A stretch of 64,000 nucleotides of DNA from Escherichia coli O157 typing phage 14, in the sequence record KP869112; one strand, written 5' to 3'. How positions within the stretch are numbered: position 1 is the first letter of the stretch; each line of letters starts with the position of its first letter. Below the pieces are notes generated by a model. The model worked only from the letters and a program-made list of their open reading frames with translations. It ran no database searches and had not been told where the DNA came from. Both the position numbers and the translations under genes were made by a program. Positions 52,203 to 61,109 of this stretch are shown piece by piece.

Positions 52203-52667
52203 GTGGAAGACGGACGTTTAATGAAGTCTGAACGCAGGCTTATTGTGCAACTGATCCCAGAAACAGCTTGGTATAATAACCTCCGGAACGCTGTGAAGAA
52301 GAGTGAGTGGGATAAGATCCGCAAGAAGTGCTATAGAGAAGCCAACTACACTTGTGAGGTGTGCGGCGGTAAAGGCAGCAAACACCCAGTGGAGTGTCAT
52401 GAACTTTACACTTTCGAAGAGGGAGTGATCCGGCTTGTCGGACTGATAGCGTTGTGCCCAGATTGTCACACATCGGTGCATCCTGGGTTAGCAAATATCC
52501 GTGGAAAGTATGCTCAAGCAGTTAATCAGTTGGCTAAGGTGAATAAGATCACCAAAGGTATGGCAGAGGCGTATTACCGAGACTGCTTTGCAGAGTGGCG
52601 TGAGCTTAGTAAAGTTCCAGAATGGAAGACTGACTTTTCGTGGATAGAGGGTTACCTTGATGGCTAA
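52203..52667 (+). CDS. Cys/His-rich putative zinc-binding protein
   Basis: CEVCGG ... ECHE ... CPDCH ... H pattern; GTG start with RBS GAGGAG. Confidence 0.4.
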   Translation: MEDGRLMKSERRLIVQLIPETAWYNNLRNAVKKSEWDKIRKKCYREANYTCEVCGGKGSKHPVECHELYTFEEGVIRLVGLIALCPDCHTSVHPGLANIRGKYAQAVNQLAKVNKITKGMAEAYYRDCFAEWRELSKVPEWKTDFSWIEGYLDG

Positions 52668-52950
52668 GAGACCTGTAAAAGAGAAATTCGATAAGACAGC
52701 TTTTGTATTCGATACACCTCTGGACGATATCATCAGAGGTATGCAAGCCTTGTATCGGAAGGCTGAATCTGAGCAGTTGTCTGAATCAGAACTTTACTGG
52801 CTTGGTTGGTGGGAGTTAAACCTGCCTAAAGCTGAAAGTTCTTGTCTGAGAACTGTTAAAACGTGCGCCCAAGAAAACGCTGCACTTGGAATCTACCACA
52901 AAAGGAAAAGATCAACAAAAAGCTCTCCAAGAAAGACTAAAAAGTCTTGA
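52660..52950 (+). CDS. hypothetical protein
   Basis: ATG at 52660 (MAKRPVKEKF) with RBS GAGGG; basic C-terminus. Confidence 0.3.
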   Translation: MAKRPVKEKFDKTAFVFDTPLDDIIRGMQALYRKAESEQLSESELYWLGWWELNLPKAESSCLRTVKTCAQENAALGIYHKRKRSTKSSPRKTKKS

Positions 52951-52976
52951 CAAAAGTGTTATTAATCTGATATTAT
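52947..52976 (+). promoter_or_regulatory. sigma70-like promoter TTGACA-N18-TATTAT
   Basis: -35 TTGACA 52947-52952, -10 TATTAT 52971-52976, about 33 nt before the ATG at 53010. Confidence 0.5.
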
Positions 52977-53009
52977 CGGTCAGATATCTATAAACTAGGA
53001 GAACTAGAT

Positions 53010-53318
53010 ATGCTTAAAATTTTTATTGTTGAAGATAAAGATATTGTCCAGTTGTATGCAAACGAGAATCATAAAGGTATGATTCTGAAGAAGGCAAGCA
53101 ACCTTCATGAAAACACAATTCAACCTGGCGATGTAATTAAGATCTGTGGTTATATGATACCAGACTCCTTGATGAAAATAACCCACCACTGGGGGTCTAA
53201 TCCGTTCCTTTTTGAAAAGTATTGGGATGTTGAGTCACTTATTGCAGAGAGTGATGATGCATTCCATTACAGCATCCAACCATCTTGCAGAATAACTAAC
53301 AGGAGGGTCTTTGAGTAG
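53010..53318 (+). CDS. hypothetical protein
   Basis: 102 aa; RBS AGGAGA. Confidence 0.4.
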   Translation: MLKIFIVEDKDIVQLYANENHKGMILKKASNLHENTIQPGDVIKICGYMIPDSLMKITHHWGSNPFLFEKYWDVESLIAESDDAFHYSIQPSCRITNRRVFE

Positions 53319-54450
53319 AGAATATCCACTTATTGAGTCCATAGATTGTCTGGCTGATCTTCTTGAACCTGACGCTATAGTTTATTATGACTTCGATCAG
53401 GTTGCATATCAAGCTGCAGCAAGTTGTGAAAAAAGGACAATTGAGGTAACACACAAAGCCTCCGGACGTAAGAAGATGTTTAAAACACGAACAGAGTTCT
53501 GGGGGCGGCAGAAGAACACCGTTGGTGGTTGGTTAAAAGCTGAGAATACCAACCGTGAAGCTGCATGTAAAAAGGCTGGCAAGGAGTTTATTCCGTGGAC
53601 ACGAGAAGATTTCGATGTCTTGGATATCCAAACCCCTGATCCTGTAGAGAACTGCTTGCACACAATTAAGTGTAAAGCTAATGCAGTCCTTAATTATCTC
53701 GGTATTCCGGAAGATCGGTGCGTGGGGGTACTTGGAGGCACAGGTAATTTCAGACTAGATCTTCCCATGCCGGAAAGATATAAAGCCAACCGTAACAATA
53801 CTCTTCGACCACTGCTGCTTGGAGATGCAAGACAGTATCTCCAAAAGCAGTATAATGCTCAAGTGATCAACGGTATCGAGGCTGACGACTGGTTAGCTAT
53901 TCAGCAATTTGAAGGTTGGAACCACTACCAAAAAACAGGTAAGTTCAACAAGTTTATTATCTCTATTGATAAGGACCAAAGAACACTACCTGGGCTTGTG
54001 TTCGATCCCATGCGAAACGATAAGGGGGATTTTGTAAGGGAAACCCCTATGCTGATCGATAACGGTATGGGTAACATCTTCATGAAGCCTAATGGAGAGG
54101 TTGGTGGTTACGGAATGCTGTTCTTCGGATACCAAATGCTGTGTGGTGACTCTGCTGACAACATTAAGCCGTATCAAGGACTTATCGGTAAGGGTAAGTT
54201 CGGAGATGCCTCAGCATTCTACCTACTGTCTCAGTGCAGCACTCCAAAGGAGATGTGGGTGGCTATTATTGATCAGTACAAGAAGTGGTTCCCGAAAGGT
54301 GTTGTTAAGTATACTGACTTCAATGGTGTTGATCGTAGAATTTCCGTAGGTCAATGGATGAGTATAATTTTTGACTGTTTGTATATGAAGCGAACATTCA
54401 ATGATCAAACAAAACTTGTTAACGTTCTTAGAAATGTTGGAGCAATCTGA
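53311..54450 (+). CDS. 5'-3' exonuclease / flap endonuclease (FEN / RNase H family)
   Basis: GIEADDWLA (GxEADD), ISIDKDQRT and LCGDSADNIKPYQGLIGKGK (helix-3-turn-helix region) match the FEN-type 5' nuclease signature; TTG start with RBS AGGAGGG. Confidence 0.7.
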   Translation: MSREYPLIESIDCLADLLEPDAIVYYDFDQVAYQAAASCEKRTIEVTHKASGRKKMFKTRTEFWGRQKNTVGGWLKAENTNREAACKKAGKEFIPWTREDFDVLDIQTPDPVENCLHTIKCKANAVLNYLGIPEDRCVGVLGGTGNFRLDLPMPERYKANRNNTLRPLLLGDARQYLQKQYNAQVINGIEADDWLAIQQFEGWNHYQKTGKFNKFIISIDKDQRTLPGLVFDPMRNDKGDFVRETPMLIDNGMGNIFMKPNGEVGGYGMLFFGYQMLCGDSADNIKPYQGLIGKGKFGDASAFYLLSQCSTPKEMWVAIIDQYKKWFPKGVVKYTDFNGVDRRISVGQWMSIIFDCLYMKRTFNDQTKLVNVLRNVGAI

Positions 54451-54782
54451 TGACTAAAAATGCTGTAGATAACGCAATTATGGAAGCTGTTTTTGAGGAT
54501 GATCATACAACAGGGACACTTAAAACAAAAAATACATTCGTTGTTGCCACAGGTATGTGGCGGTTGTATGAAGATGACACCATTTCATACATCCTGTACA
54601 CGGATGATTACGCAGATGACCGTGTATGGTCTGCTGTTTTAAAAGAGGATTGTGAACTGATTGAGGGCGAGCGGTTATGCATGTTCACCAGTGTGGAAAC
54701 AGATGTTAAGCTTTGCTCTCTCGTCTTGTTCAAAGATAAGGCTTATGCTCCTGATGAAGGAGAGGAGGATGAGGAAGCATGA
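54450..54782 (+). CDS. hypothetical acidic protein
   Basis: 110 aa; ATGA overlap with upstream stop; Glu/Asp-rich C-terminus. Confidence 0.35.
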   Translation: MTKNAVDNAIMEAVFEDDHTTGTLKTKNTFVVATGMWRLYEDDTISYILYTDDYADDRVWSAVLKEDCELIEGERLCMFTSVETDVKLCSLVLFKDKAYAPDEGEEDEEA

Positions 54783-55408
54783 GAGAGCGTCTATTATCCA
54801 TAGACCAGTCGTTGACACACACAGCTTGCGTTGTATGGGACGATGGAAAGCCTGTTCATAAGGTTGTATTACGAACTCAAAGCTCATCTGCAAAAGAGAA
54901 GAAACCAGGGACGGTTTCTTTTGCAACAGCTGCTGAGCGTATTGACTGGATCTGCAAACAGGTCAGATATTATATCCACACGCACGGAGTTGACACCGTG
55001 GTTATGGAAGGGCTTTCCTTTGGATCACGCGGGGATGCCACACGTGAACTGGCTGGGTTGTTTTACGGTCTTGAAGTTATGCTTTGGGATGCCTTAGCTG
55101 ATTGTGAAAATGACGGCCTGTTTAAGGTCCACACAGTGACACCAACAACTGCCAAAAAGTTTGCTCGTAGTCATCTTCCTGAGGAACTTGCTTTTGAGGA
55201 GAAGAAAAAGCTTGACAAAAAGACAGGTAAAGAGCATACTGTGAAGAAACCTGTTACGATGGATAAAAAGTTGATGGTTAAGGCCTGCGAAGTATCTGAA
55301 CCTGGGTTCCTAGATGGGATCAATTTGGTACAAGGTAAGGCCGATCTTGCAGATGCTTATTGGATAGGCAGGGCGCATCTGGAGGGATTATCGCAAAGCG
55401 TAAAATAA
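54779..55408 (+). CDS. RuvC-like Holliday junction resolvase
   Basis: N-terminal LSIDQSLTHTACVV, VVMEGLSFG and C-terminal DLADAYWIG fit the RuvC/RNase H-fold catalytic Asp/Glu arrangement; strong RBS GGAGAGGAGG. Confidence 0.5.
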   Translation: MRERLLSIDQSLTHTACVVWDDGKPVHKVVLRTQSSSAKEKKPGTVSFATAAERIDWICKQVRYYIHTHGVDTVVMEGLSFGSRGDATRELAGLFYGLEVMLWDALADCENDGLFKVHTVTPTTAKKFARSHLPEELAFEEKKKLDKKTGKEHTVKKPVTMDKKLMVKACEVSEPGFLDGINLVQGKADLADAYWIGRAHLEGLSQSVK

Positions 55409-55965
55409 GAAAGAAAGCTGTCAAAGCTCCCGTTCATAACGGGTGGTTAAAAGATTCTAAGGACATAGCCAACTTTCGAAAAGAATTGTCAGAGGAGCAG
55501 GATGGTCTTGATCCAATCTTGTGCGAGCCACTTCGTAAGCCTTGTTTAGATCATGATCATCTGACTGGTCGTTGCAGGGGTGTTTTGTCTCAATGCACTA
55601 ATACCTTTGAGGGGTATGTGCTTAAATACTGGATGAAATACTGTAACGAGTATACAGATTGCAGTTTATCAGAGGCGTTGCGCCGGATGGCTGACTATTT
55701 GGAGAAAGACTACAGCGACTTCCCGCTCCACAAAAACTACAGAGATGATATGACAAAGTTCTTGAGGAGATGCTCTAAAGCTACGATTATTGCACGAGCA
55801 GAATCAGATCTCAATCTTGTCATTAATCCGGAGTGCACCAAGCATGAGGCTATTGAGTTCTACATGCAGGAGTTTATAAAGAAAACTGAGGAGAGAGATT
55901 TCTATGGGGATGAAAAAGGTATTCAATCCTTGCGACTCAGTCCTGATCAGGATGAAATACCGTAA
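55360..55965 (+). CDS. endonuclease VII (T4 gp49-like) family nuclease
   Basis: CLDHDHLTGRCRGVLSQCTNTFEG matches the T4 endonuclease VII core; track start is a TTG overlapping the upstream gene, so the true start is uncertain. Confidence 0.6.
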   Translation: MDRQGASGGIIAKRKIRKKAVKAPVHNGWLKDSKDIANFRKELSEEQDGLDPILCEPLRKPCLDHDHLTGRCRGVLSQCTNTFEGYVLKYWMKYCNEYTDCSLSEALRRMADYLEKDYSDFPLHKNYRDDMTKFLRRCSKATIIARAESDLNLVINPECTKHEAIEFYMQEFIKKTEERDFYGDEKGIQSLRLSPDQDEIP

Positions 55966-56125
55966 CTGGAAAGGTGTTGTTGCAGATCGCTGCGTTACTG
56001 AGCCTAATTTATGGTTTGGCTCTACAGAGTATCATAAAGAAGAGCAGTGGTTGATGCGTGCCTTCGATGTAGACAAGGGCGAATATCGTGACTTCGCTTT
56101 AAAAGACATTCTTCAGTTTTACTAA
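55951..56125 (+). CDS. hypothetical small protein
   Basis: In-frame ATG (MKYRNWKG) within track ORF 55904..56125; weak RBS. Confidence 0.3.
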
Positions 56126-56137
56126 GGAATCTTAACG

Positions 56138-57121
56138 ATGATGACAAAGTTAACTCTTGAGCAAATTTTAACACTAAAGCAACAGGGATACACTAATAGA
56201 CAAATTGCTCGTGAATTTTTAGGCCGTGAGTCACGTGAGAGCTGGATCCGACTACAGCTTAAACGTGCACAAGAGAATATGTCAGAGATTGTAGGAGAAG
56301 CAACGGAGCGCTTCCTTGAAGAGCACAAAGGCGCTAAAGTTTGGGTGTATGATACAGAGACATCCCCAACAAACGGCTGGTTCTTTGGGCACTATAAGAC
56401 CAACATTCAAACCTGTGGTATTGAAGTTATGCCTTATATGCTAACTTTCGCAGGTAAGTGGTTAGACAGCCCTAGTGTGGTTGACTGCGCTCTTCCCGAT
56501 TACAAAATGTGGGATGAGGATATTCACAATGATCTCGAATTGATTCAGGATTTGTGGTATTATCTGGATAAATGCGATGTCGCAGTAGCCCACAATTCAG
56601 GTTTTGACTGCGGGTGGGCCAACCAACGATTTGCATTTCACGGGTTGCCTCCAACAAGCCCCTACAAAGAGGTTGACACCCTTAAAATGATCAAGAAGGC
56701 ATTCCGTTTGAATGCAAACACTTTGGAGTATGCATGCAAATACTTCCAACTGGCCCGACAGAAACTGATTGATCACACATTTGAAATGTGGATCAAGTGT
56801 GTCCATGGCGATCTTGAGGCATTTAAACAGATGCGGGAGTATAATGTTGGTGATATCCTGTCTCTGGAAGGACTGTATTTGCTGGCTCGCCCGTTTGCTA
56901 AGCAGCACCCAAACATGTCATTGTACTACCAGGACGAGGAGCCAAAGGTTCGTTGCCCACGCTGTGGTGGAGAACACCTTCACGAGGAAGAAGCTTTGGC
57001 ATATACTCAGCTGAGTGCATTTAAAACATACCGCTGCGAAGGTTGTGGATCTGTTGTTCGTGACCGTAACAACATCCGTACCAGAGAAGAAATGAAAAAC
57101 ACCCTGATTCAGATAATCTAA
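56138..57121 (+). CDS. DEDD-family 3'-5' exonuclease with N-terminal HTH and C-terminal zinc ribbon
   Basis: Exo motifs VYDTETSP, AHNSGFDCGW and YNVGDIL; CPRCGG...CEGCG zinc ribbon; N-terminal LTLKQQGYTNRQIAREF HTH-like. Confidence 0.65.
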   Translation: MMTKLTLEQILTLKQQGYTNRQIAREFLGRESRESWIRLQLKRAQENMSEIVGEATERFLEEHKGAKVWVYDTETSPTNGWFFGHYKTNIQTCGIEVMPYMLTFAGKWLDSPSVVDCALPDYKMWDEDIHNDLELIQDLWYYLDKCDVAVAHNSGFDCGWANQRFAFHGLPPTSPYKEVDTLKMIKKAFRLNANTLEYACKYFQLARQKLIDHTFEMWIKCVHGDLEAFKQMREYNVGDILSLEGLYLLARPFAKQHPNMSLYYQDEEPKVRCPRCGGEHLHEEEALAYTQLSAFKTYRCEGCGSVVRDRNNIRTREEMKNTLIQII

Positions 57122-57129
57122 CAATTATA

Positions 57130-57157
57130 GGGAGGCTTGCGCCTCCCTTTTCCTTTT
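57130..57157 (+). terminator. rho-independent terminator
   Basis: Stem GGGAGGC/GCCTCCC with loop TTGC followed by TTTTCCTTTT. Confidence 0.6.
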
Positions 57158-57166
57158 GGAGGCACT

Positions 57167-57985
57167 TTGAGCAAGAAAGAGTCCAACGACAAATATTACA
57201 CAAACCCTGAGTATGCAGAATATCTTGTTGGTAAAGTAAAAGATAACTATGGGAATTGTGCATACGTTGAGCCCTCTGCTGGGAGGGGTTCTTTTTCAAA
57301 ACTATTTTCAGAGATACTGTCGTACGATTTAGTACCAGATCCTGAATTTGAAGGGCCAACACCGTGCATTCAGGCAAACTTCTTGGAGGTGCACCCCAAG
57401 GCAGATGTCTTCATAGGTAACCCACCATTTGGCAAGAATTCATCTTTAGCTTGCAAATTCTTCAACCATTGTGCATCATTGCTAGAGCTTGGAGGGGCCA
57501 TAGCCTTCATCTTGCCACGGACATTTGAAAAAATATTTTTTGCAAACAAATTGGACATGTCGATGCACCTTGTCTACAGCGAAAGGTGCCCTAAGAATTC
57601 GTTTTTACTTAATGGCAAACCTTATGACGTGCCGTGTGTTTTCCAAATTTGGGAGAAAAAGGCGTGTAATAGGGATCCTGTAGAGATTGGAGAGAATAAG
57701 TTATTTTCTTTTAGCACTCCAGATGACTACGACTTCTGTGTAAGACGTGTTGGGTATAATGCTGGAAAAGTATTGGGGGATGATGACCCAAAATCTGAAG
57801 AATCGACATATTTCATAAAATCTTTAGTTGACGGTGTTGACAGAGTGTTTGCTGAATGCTATTCTTCTTTTCAAGAAGAAGCAGGTAAGACTGCCGGAAT
57901 GAAGAGTATAGGCAAGAAAGAACTACAATACATTTTGGAGACCAGGTATGATCAAAAGCATAGACTTGACCAAAGAACTCACTGA
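57167..57985 (+). CDS. putative N6-adenine DNA methyltransferase (gamma-class, TaqI-like motif order)
   Basis: Motif I EPSAGRGSF and motif IV FIGNPPFG; start moved to TTG at 57167 (RBS GGAGG) because the track start at 57137 lies in the terminator loop. Confidence 0.5.
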   Translation: MSKKESNDKYYTNPEYAEYLVGKVKDNYGNCAYVEPSAGRGSFSKLFSEILSYDLVPDPEFEGPTPCIQANFLEVHPKADVFIGNPPFGKNSSLACKFFNHCASLLELGGAIAFILPRTFEKIFFANKLDMSMHLVYSERCPKNSFLLNGKPYDVPCVFQIWEKKACNRDPVEIGENKLFSFSTPDDYDFCVRRVGYNAGKVLGDDDPKSEESTYFIKSLVDGVDRVFAECYSSFQEEAGKTAGMKSIGKKELQYILETRYDQKHRLDQRTH

Positions 57986-58406
57986 TGCGAAAGCTTTTGG
58001 TGAGACAGCGGTACAAAGGGGGCAGGCAATGGGACTGGCACTACCTTTCGTCTTAAAAGAGCACTTTACAGATTTTCAACTTATCAAGGGCGATAAGGGA
58101 ATGCTTATCCTGGAGCATAAGTTGAGTAAGAAACGCTACAAAGTTGTTTTTAATTCTAAAGCCCCAACAAAACTTGGATTCAGAACTTACAATCTCAACC
58201 CATCCTATACTAAGGGTGTTGGAAGGGTAGAACAACAGCATTTCAGTGCTAGAGCTTCTTTAGCCCCTTTGATGCTAAATTTCTCAGGGGTGGCTTTAGG
58301 ATACCTTGATAAGAAAAGAGTTCTTCATGTCCGTTTCACAGACTTTGTAACGCTTTTAGCTAACAACGAAGTTGATGAAAAGGGACGTGTAAAAACAAAC
58401 TTCTAA
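57948..58406 (+). CDS. hypothetical protein
   Basis: 152 aa; RBS GGAGACC; overlaps the methyltransferase 3' end. Confidence 0.35.
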   Translation: MIKSIDLTKELTDAKAFGETAVQRGQAMGLALPFVLKEHFTDFQLIKGDKGMLILEHKLSKKRYKVVFNSKAPTKLGFRTYNLNPSYTKGVGRVEQQHFSARASLAPLMLNFSGVALGYLDKKRVLHVRFTDFVTLLANNEVDEKGRVKTNF

Positions 58407-58433
58407 TAACGCATGGTATGATTGGAGACCACA

Positions 58434-58625
58434 ATGACACTAAAGTTAACAATTCCAGACAGTTTTTCAGAAAACTTTATCCCAGAAATGATGGGTAAGA
58501 TGCGATCATTGCTTGATCAGATTGAGGAAGCTGTTTGGGGAGACGATGCTGTAGTGGCTAACGAGCTGGTAGATAAGTGTAAAAGTATTATTGATGCAGT
58601 TGAAGAATACCACGGAGGTTTTTGA
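58434..58625 (+). CDS. hypothetical small acidic protein
   Basis: ATG at 58434 (MTLKLTIP) with RBS GGAGACC. Confidence 0.3.
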   Translation: MTLKLTIPDSFSENFIPEMMGKMRSLLDQIEEAVWGDDAVVANELVDKCKSIIDAVEEYHGGF

Positions 58626-59239
58626 TGGATATTATTGTTCTTAACGCCCCACCCAGCAGTGGTAAGGATCACATTGCAGATCTCTTGTTGGAAGCTATTC
58701 CTAACTCACACCACCGTGAGGTTAAGGAGATGCTCTTCAGCGTGGCAATTAAGGCAGCTGGTGTAACTCCTCAACTCTGGAATGCACTTTATGACCGCCA
58801 CTACAAAGAAGAGCCTTGCCCTTTCTTAATGATAGACGGCAAGCATGTTTCTCCGCGAGAATGGATGATCCATTGTAGTGAAAATCTGATTAAACCTATC
58901 TTTGGTGAAGATGCTTTCGGTAAGGCCGCAGTCACATCCTTGAAGAAAGATTTCCCTAAAGGTAAAGGGGTTGTTGTTTACTCCGATGGTGGATTCAAAG
59001 AGGAGCTGGCATGCCTTAGCGAGTACGCATACAGCACAGGTGGAGATCTGTTGTTGTTCCGTATTCACCGTGTCGGATATGACTGGGGAAATGATTCCAG
59101 AACCTATCTAAGTCTGGAAAAGAACGGAATAAAAGGGATTGAGTTCGATGTTGTAAACCCTGAAGGTGCACCTTGGGAGTGTGCATCGGAGATTGTGTGC
59201 AAGTATATTGATGCTAAAGAGGCCCAAGAAGAATGTTAA
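58625..59239 (+). CDS. P-loop (deoxy)nucleotide kinase-like protein
   Basis: N-terminal IVLNAPPSSGKDHIADLL resembles the glycine-rich loop of phage dNMP kinases (T4 gp1 type, from memory); ATG at 58625 with RBS GGAGG. Confidence 0.45.
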   Translation: MDIIVLNAPPSSGKDHIADLLLEAIPNSHHREVKEMLFSVAIKAAGVTPQLWNALYDRHYKEEPCPFLMIDGKHVSPREWMIHCSENLIKPIFGEDAFGKAAVTSLKKDFPKGKGVVVYSDGGFKEELACLSEYAYSTGGDLLLFRIHRVGYDWGNDSRTYLSLEKNGIKGIEFDVVNPEGAPWECASEIVCKYIDAKEAQEEC

Positions 59240-59826
59240 TCGGAATTGATGTAGATTTGACACTGGTAGATTCAGGAACAGCATGGTGGGAGTGGTTGGA
59301 GCGTTTGTATGGTCCAGCCAGTAAGACAGTCGCTAAACCTTCTAATGGACTGATGTATTACGATCTGTCAAAGTATTGGCCTGATCGCCCCAAAGAAAAC
59401 ATCATAGGGCCTTTTGATTTCTGGAGTGACCCATTCCTCTACGACTTTCTTAAGCCTGAAGAGGGGGCTATTGAGGTTATGAAAGATTTGGTGGCTCGTG
59501 GTCACAAGCTTGCATTTATCTCGGTATGCAAGAAAGGTCACCTTGCATCTAAATCAAGGTTCTTAAAGCGTTGGACCAGTGATTTTATGGATCTGGACGA
59601 TCACACCCAGGGTCACGGCTTCTACGCCACACATTTCAAAGGAAATGTGGCTGTAGATGTTATAATTGACGACAGGCATGAATACCTTAACCAATTCGCT
59701 TCACGACCTGAAGTTATTAAAATCCTAAAAGATACGCCTTATGAGCAATTCGAGGAGTTAAAGGTCAGTGTTGACTATACCGCTAATAGTTGGTATAAAA
59801 TAGGAAAGTTTTTAGAAGGTATTTGA
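59233..59826 (+). CDS. HAD-family phosphatase, 5'(3')-deoxyribonucleotidase-like
   Basis: HAD motif I IGIDVDLTL (DxDxT) and motif IV VIIDD. Confidence 0.55.
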   Translation: MLIGIDVDLTLVDSGTAWWEWLERLYGPASKTVAKPSNGLMYYDLSKYWPDRPKENIIGPFDFWSDPFLYDFLKPEEGAIEVMKDLVARGHKLAFISVCKKGHLASKSRFLKRWTSDFMDLDDHTQGHGFYATHFKGNVAVDVIIDDRHEYLNQFASRPEVIKILKDTPYEQFEELKVSVDYTANSWYKIGKFLEGI

Positions 59827-59827
59827 A

Positions 59828-60028
59828 ATGGGCAGATGTTCTAAAGGTGGCGATCCTGTAGTCAGATACGGTGACTGGCTGGAGGTATATGATCTGGGGG
59901 GTAAGCTAGTGTATGCCTCCAGGATCACCCAAGATATGTGCTCTGATATGTTTAACAGATACCTTGCATTTAAGGCCAATATAAACCCAGACGAAATTTC
60001 CAAAATTAAAACAAGGAGAGCTAAATAA
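59828..60028 (+). CDS. hypothetical protein
   Basis: 66 aa ORF packed between neighbours. Confidence 0.3.
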   Translation: MGRCSKGGDPVVRYGDWLEVYDLGGKLVYASRITQDMCSDMFNRYLAFKANINPDEISKIKTRRAK

Positions 60029-61011
60029 TGCTAAAACTGTGCACTGCAAAGATCATTGCTGACAGCATTTCCGAGAAAGGTAAGCGTATCACCACTTTTG
60101 AACTAGAGTATCCTCGAATTATTCACTCAGAGCTTATGACGCACCGAGTATTCAGCCGAAACGCCATGTCTTCCCGTGCAGTGCCTGTCGGCAAGATGCT
60201 GCAGCAGATTGTGGAGAATCCGGCAATGCCAGTTCGCTTCGGTGTAAATAAGCGAGGGATGGAAGATGGTGGGGAACACGATCAAAAGATCCGTGTAGAG
60301 TACACTGACATGGAGCTAACCCCTGAAGAGTTTTGGAAAGAAGCTGCAAAAAACGCCGCTTGGCATGCAGAGAAGTTCGCCCTTGCTGGTTACCATAAAC
60401 AAGTATGTAACCGCTTAGTGGAGCCGTTTCAGCGCATGAAAACAGTTGTAACAAGCACAGAGTGGAATAATTTTTTCCATCTCCGTTGCTGGCACGATGC
60501 GGATCCTACGATTCAGATGTTGGCTAATTGTATGTGGGAAGCTCTTGTGAATAGCACTCCTGAAATCCTTAAACCAGGTCAATGGCACACTCCATATGTA
60601 GAGCACGTTTATTTGGACGGAGAGTTTAACTACGCTGTACGTGACACAGAAGGAAAGCTCTGCATTCTTGATACTAAAGAAGCTCTGTCTATTAGTGCTA
60701 GTTGCTGTGCACAAGTATCTTATCGAAATATTGACAGCACGTTTGAAAAGGCAGACAGTGTGGCTAAAAAATTGATTGGTGGGGATCGTATTCATGCAAG
60801 CCCTTACGAACACCAGGCAACACCTATGGATCATGATAACGCAATGGAACGTTTAAACTACTACCTGTCTTCATGTGAAATCACACAAGACATTAGTACT
60901 TGGCAGGAAGGTGTAACCCATCAAGACCGTGATGGTAAATTCTGGTCTGCCAACTTTTGTGGGTGGGTTCAGCACAGACAACTGCTTAATAACCACTTCG
61001 TGAAAGGTTAA
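60028..61011 (+). CDS. thyX: ThyX-like flavin-dependent thymidylate synthase homolog with long C-terminal extension
   Basis: THRVFSRNAMSSR aligns with the ThyX RHRxxxxxxxSxR signature, and TEWNNFFHLRC with the ThyX NF..LR segment; 327 aa versus about 220-250 for typical ThyX. Confidence 0.55.
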   Translation: MLKLCTAKIIADSISEKGKRITTFELEYPRIIHSELMTHRVFSRNAMSSRAVPVGKMLQQIVENPAMPVRFGVNKRGMEDGGEHDQKIRVEYTDMELTPEEFWKEAAKNAAWHAEKFALAGYHKQVCNRLVEPFQRMKTVVTSTEWNNFFHLRCWHDADPTIQMLANCMWEALVNSTPEILKPGQWHTPYVEHVYLDGEFNYAVRDTEGKLCILDTKEALSISASCCAQVSYRNIDSTFEKADSVAKKLIGGDRIHASPYEHQATPMDHDNAMERLNYYLSSCEITQDISTWQEGVTHQDRDGKFWSANFCGWVQHRQLLNNHFVKG

Positions 61012-61040
61012 TCCTATCACAGCGATAGGTAACTTTTGTG

Positions 61041-61069
61041 TTGACTAATAGTATCAGATAATCTATAAT
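61041..61069 (+). promoter_or_regulatory. consensus sigma70 promoter TTGACT-N17-TATAAT
   Basis: -35 TTGACT 61041-61046, -10 TATAAT 61064-61069; followed by hairpin GGCTCAC-TTTGTTG-GTGAGCC (61073-61093). Confidence 0.55.
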
Positions 61070-61109
61070 AATGGCTCACTTTGTTGGTGAGCCAGAAATG
61101 GAGACAGAT

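Noticed and set aside
57137-57166. Track start codon (TTG at 57137) of the methyltransferase
   Set aside because: It sits in the loop of the terminator hairpin GGGAGGC-TTGC-GCCTCCC; the downstream in-frame TTG at 57167 has a GGAGG RBS.
58625-61011. DNA hypermodification cluster (kinase + nucleotidase + ThyX-like)
   Set aside because: The same gene set (dNMP kinase, HAD nucleotidase, thymidylate synthase, RNR) is the ordinary nucleotide salvage module of large virulent phages; no glycosyl-, amino- or radical-SAM-type modification enzymes were seen nearby. Retained only as a low-interest note on the atypical ThyX.
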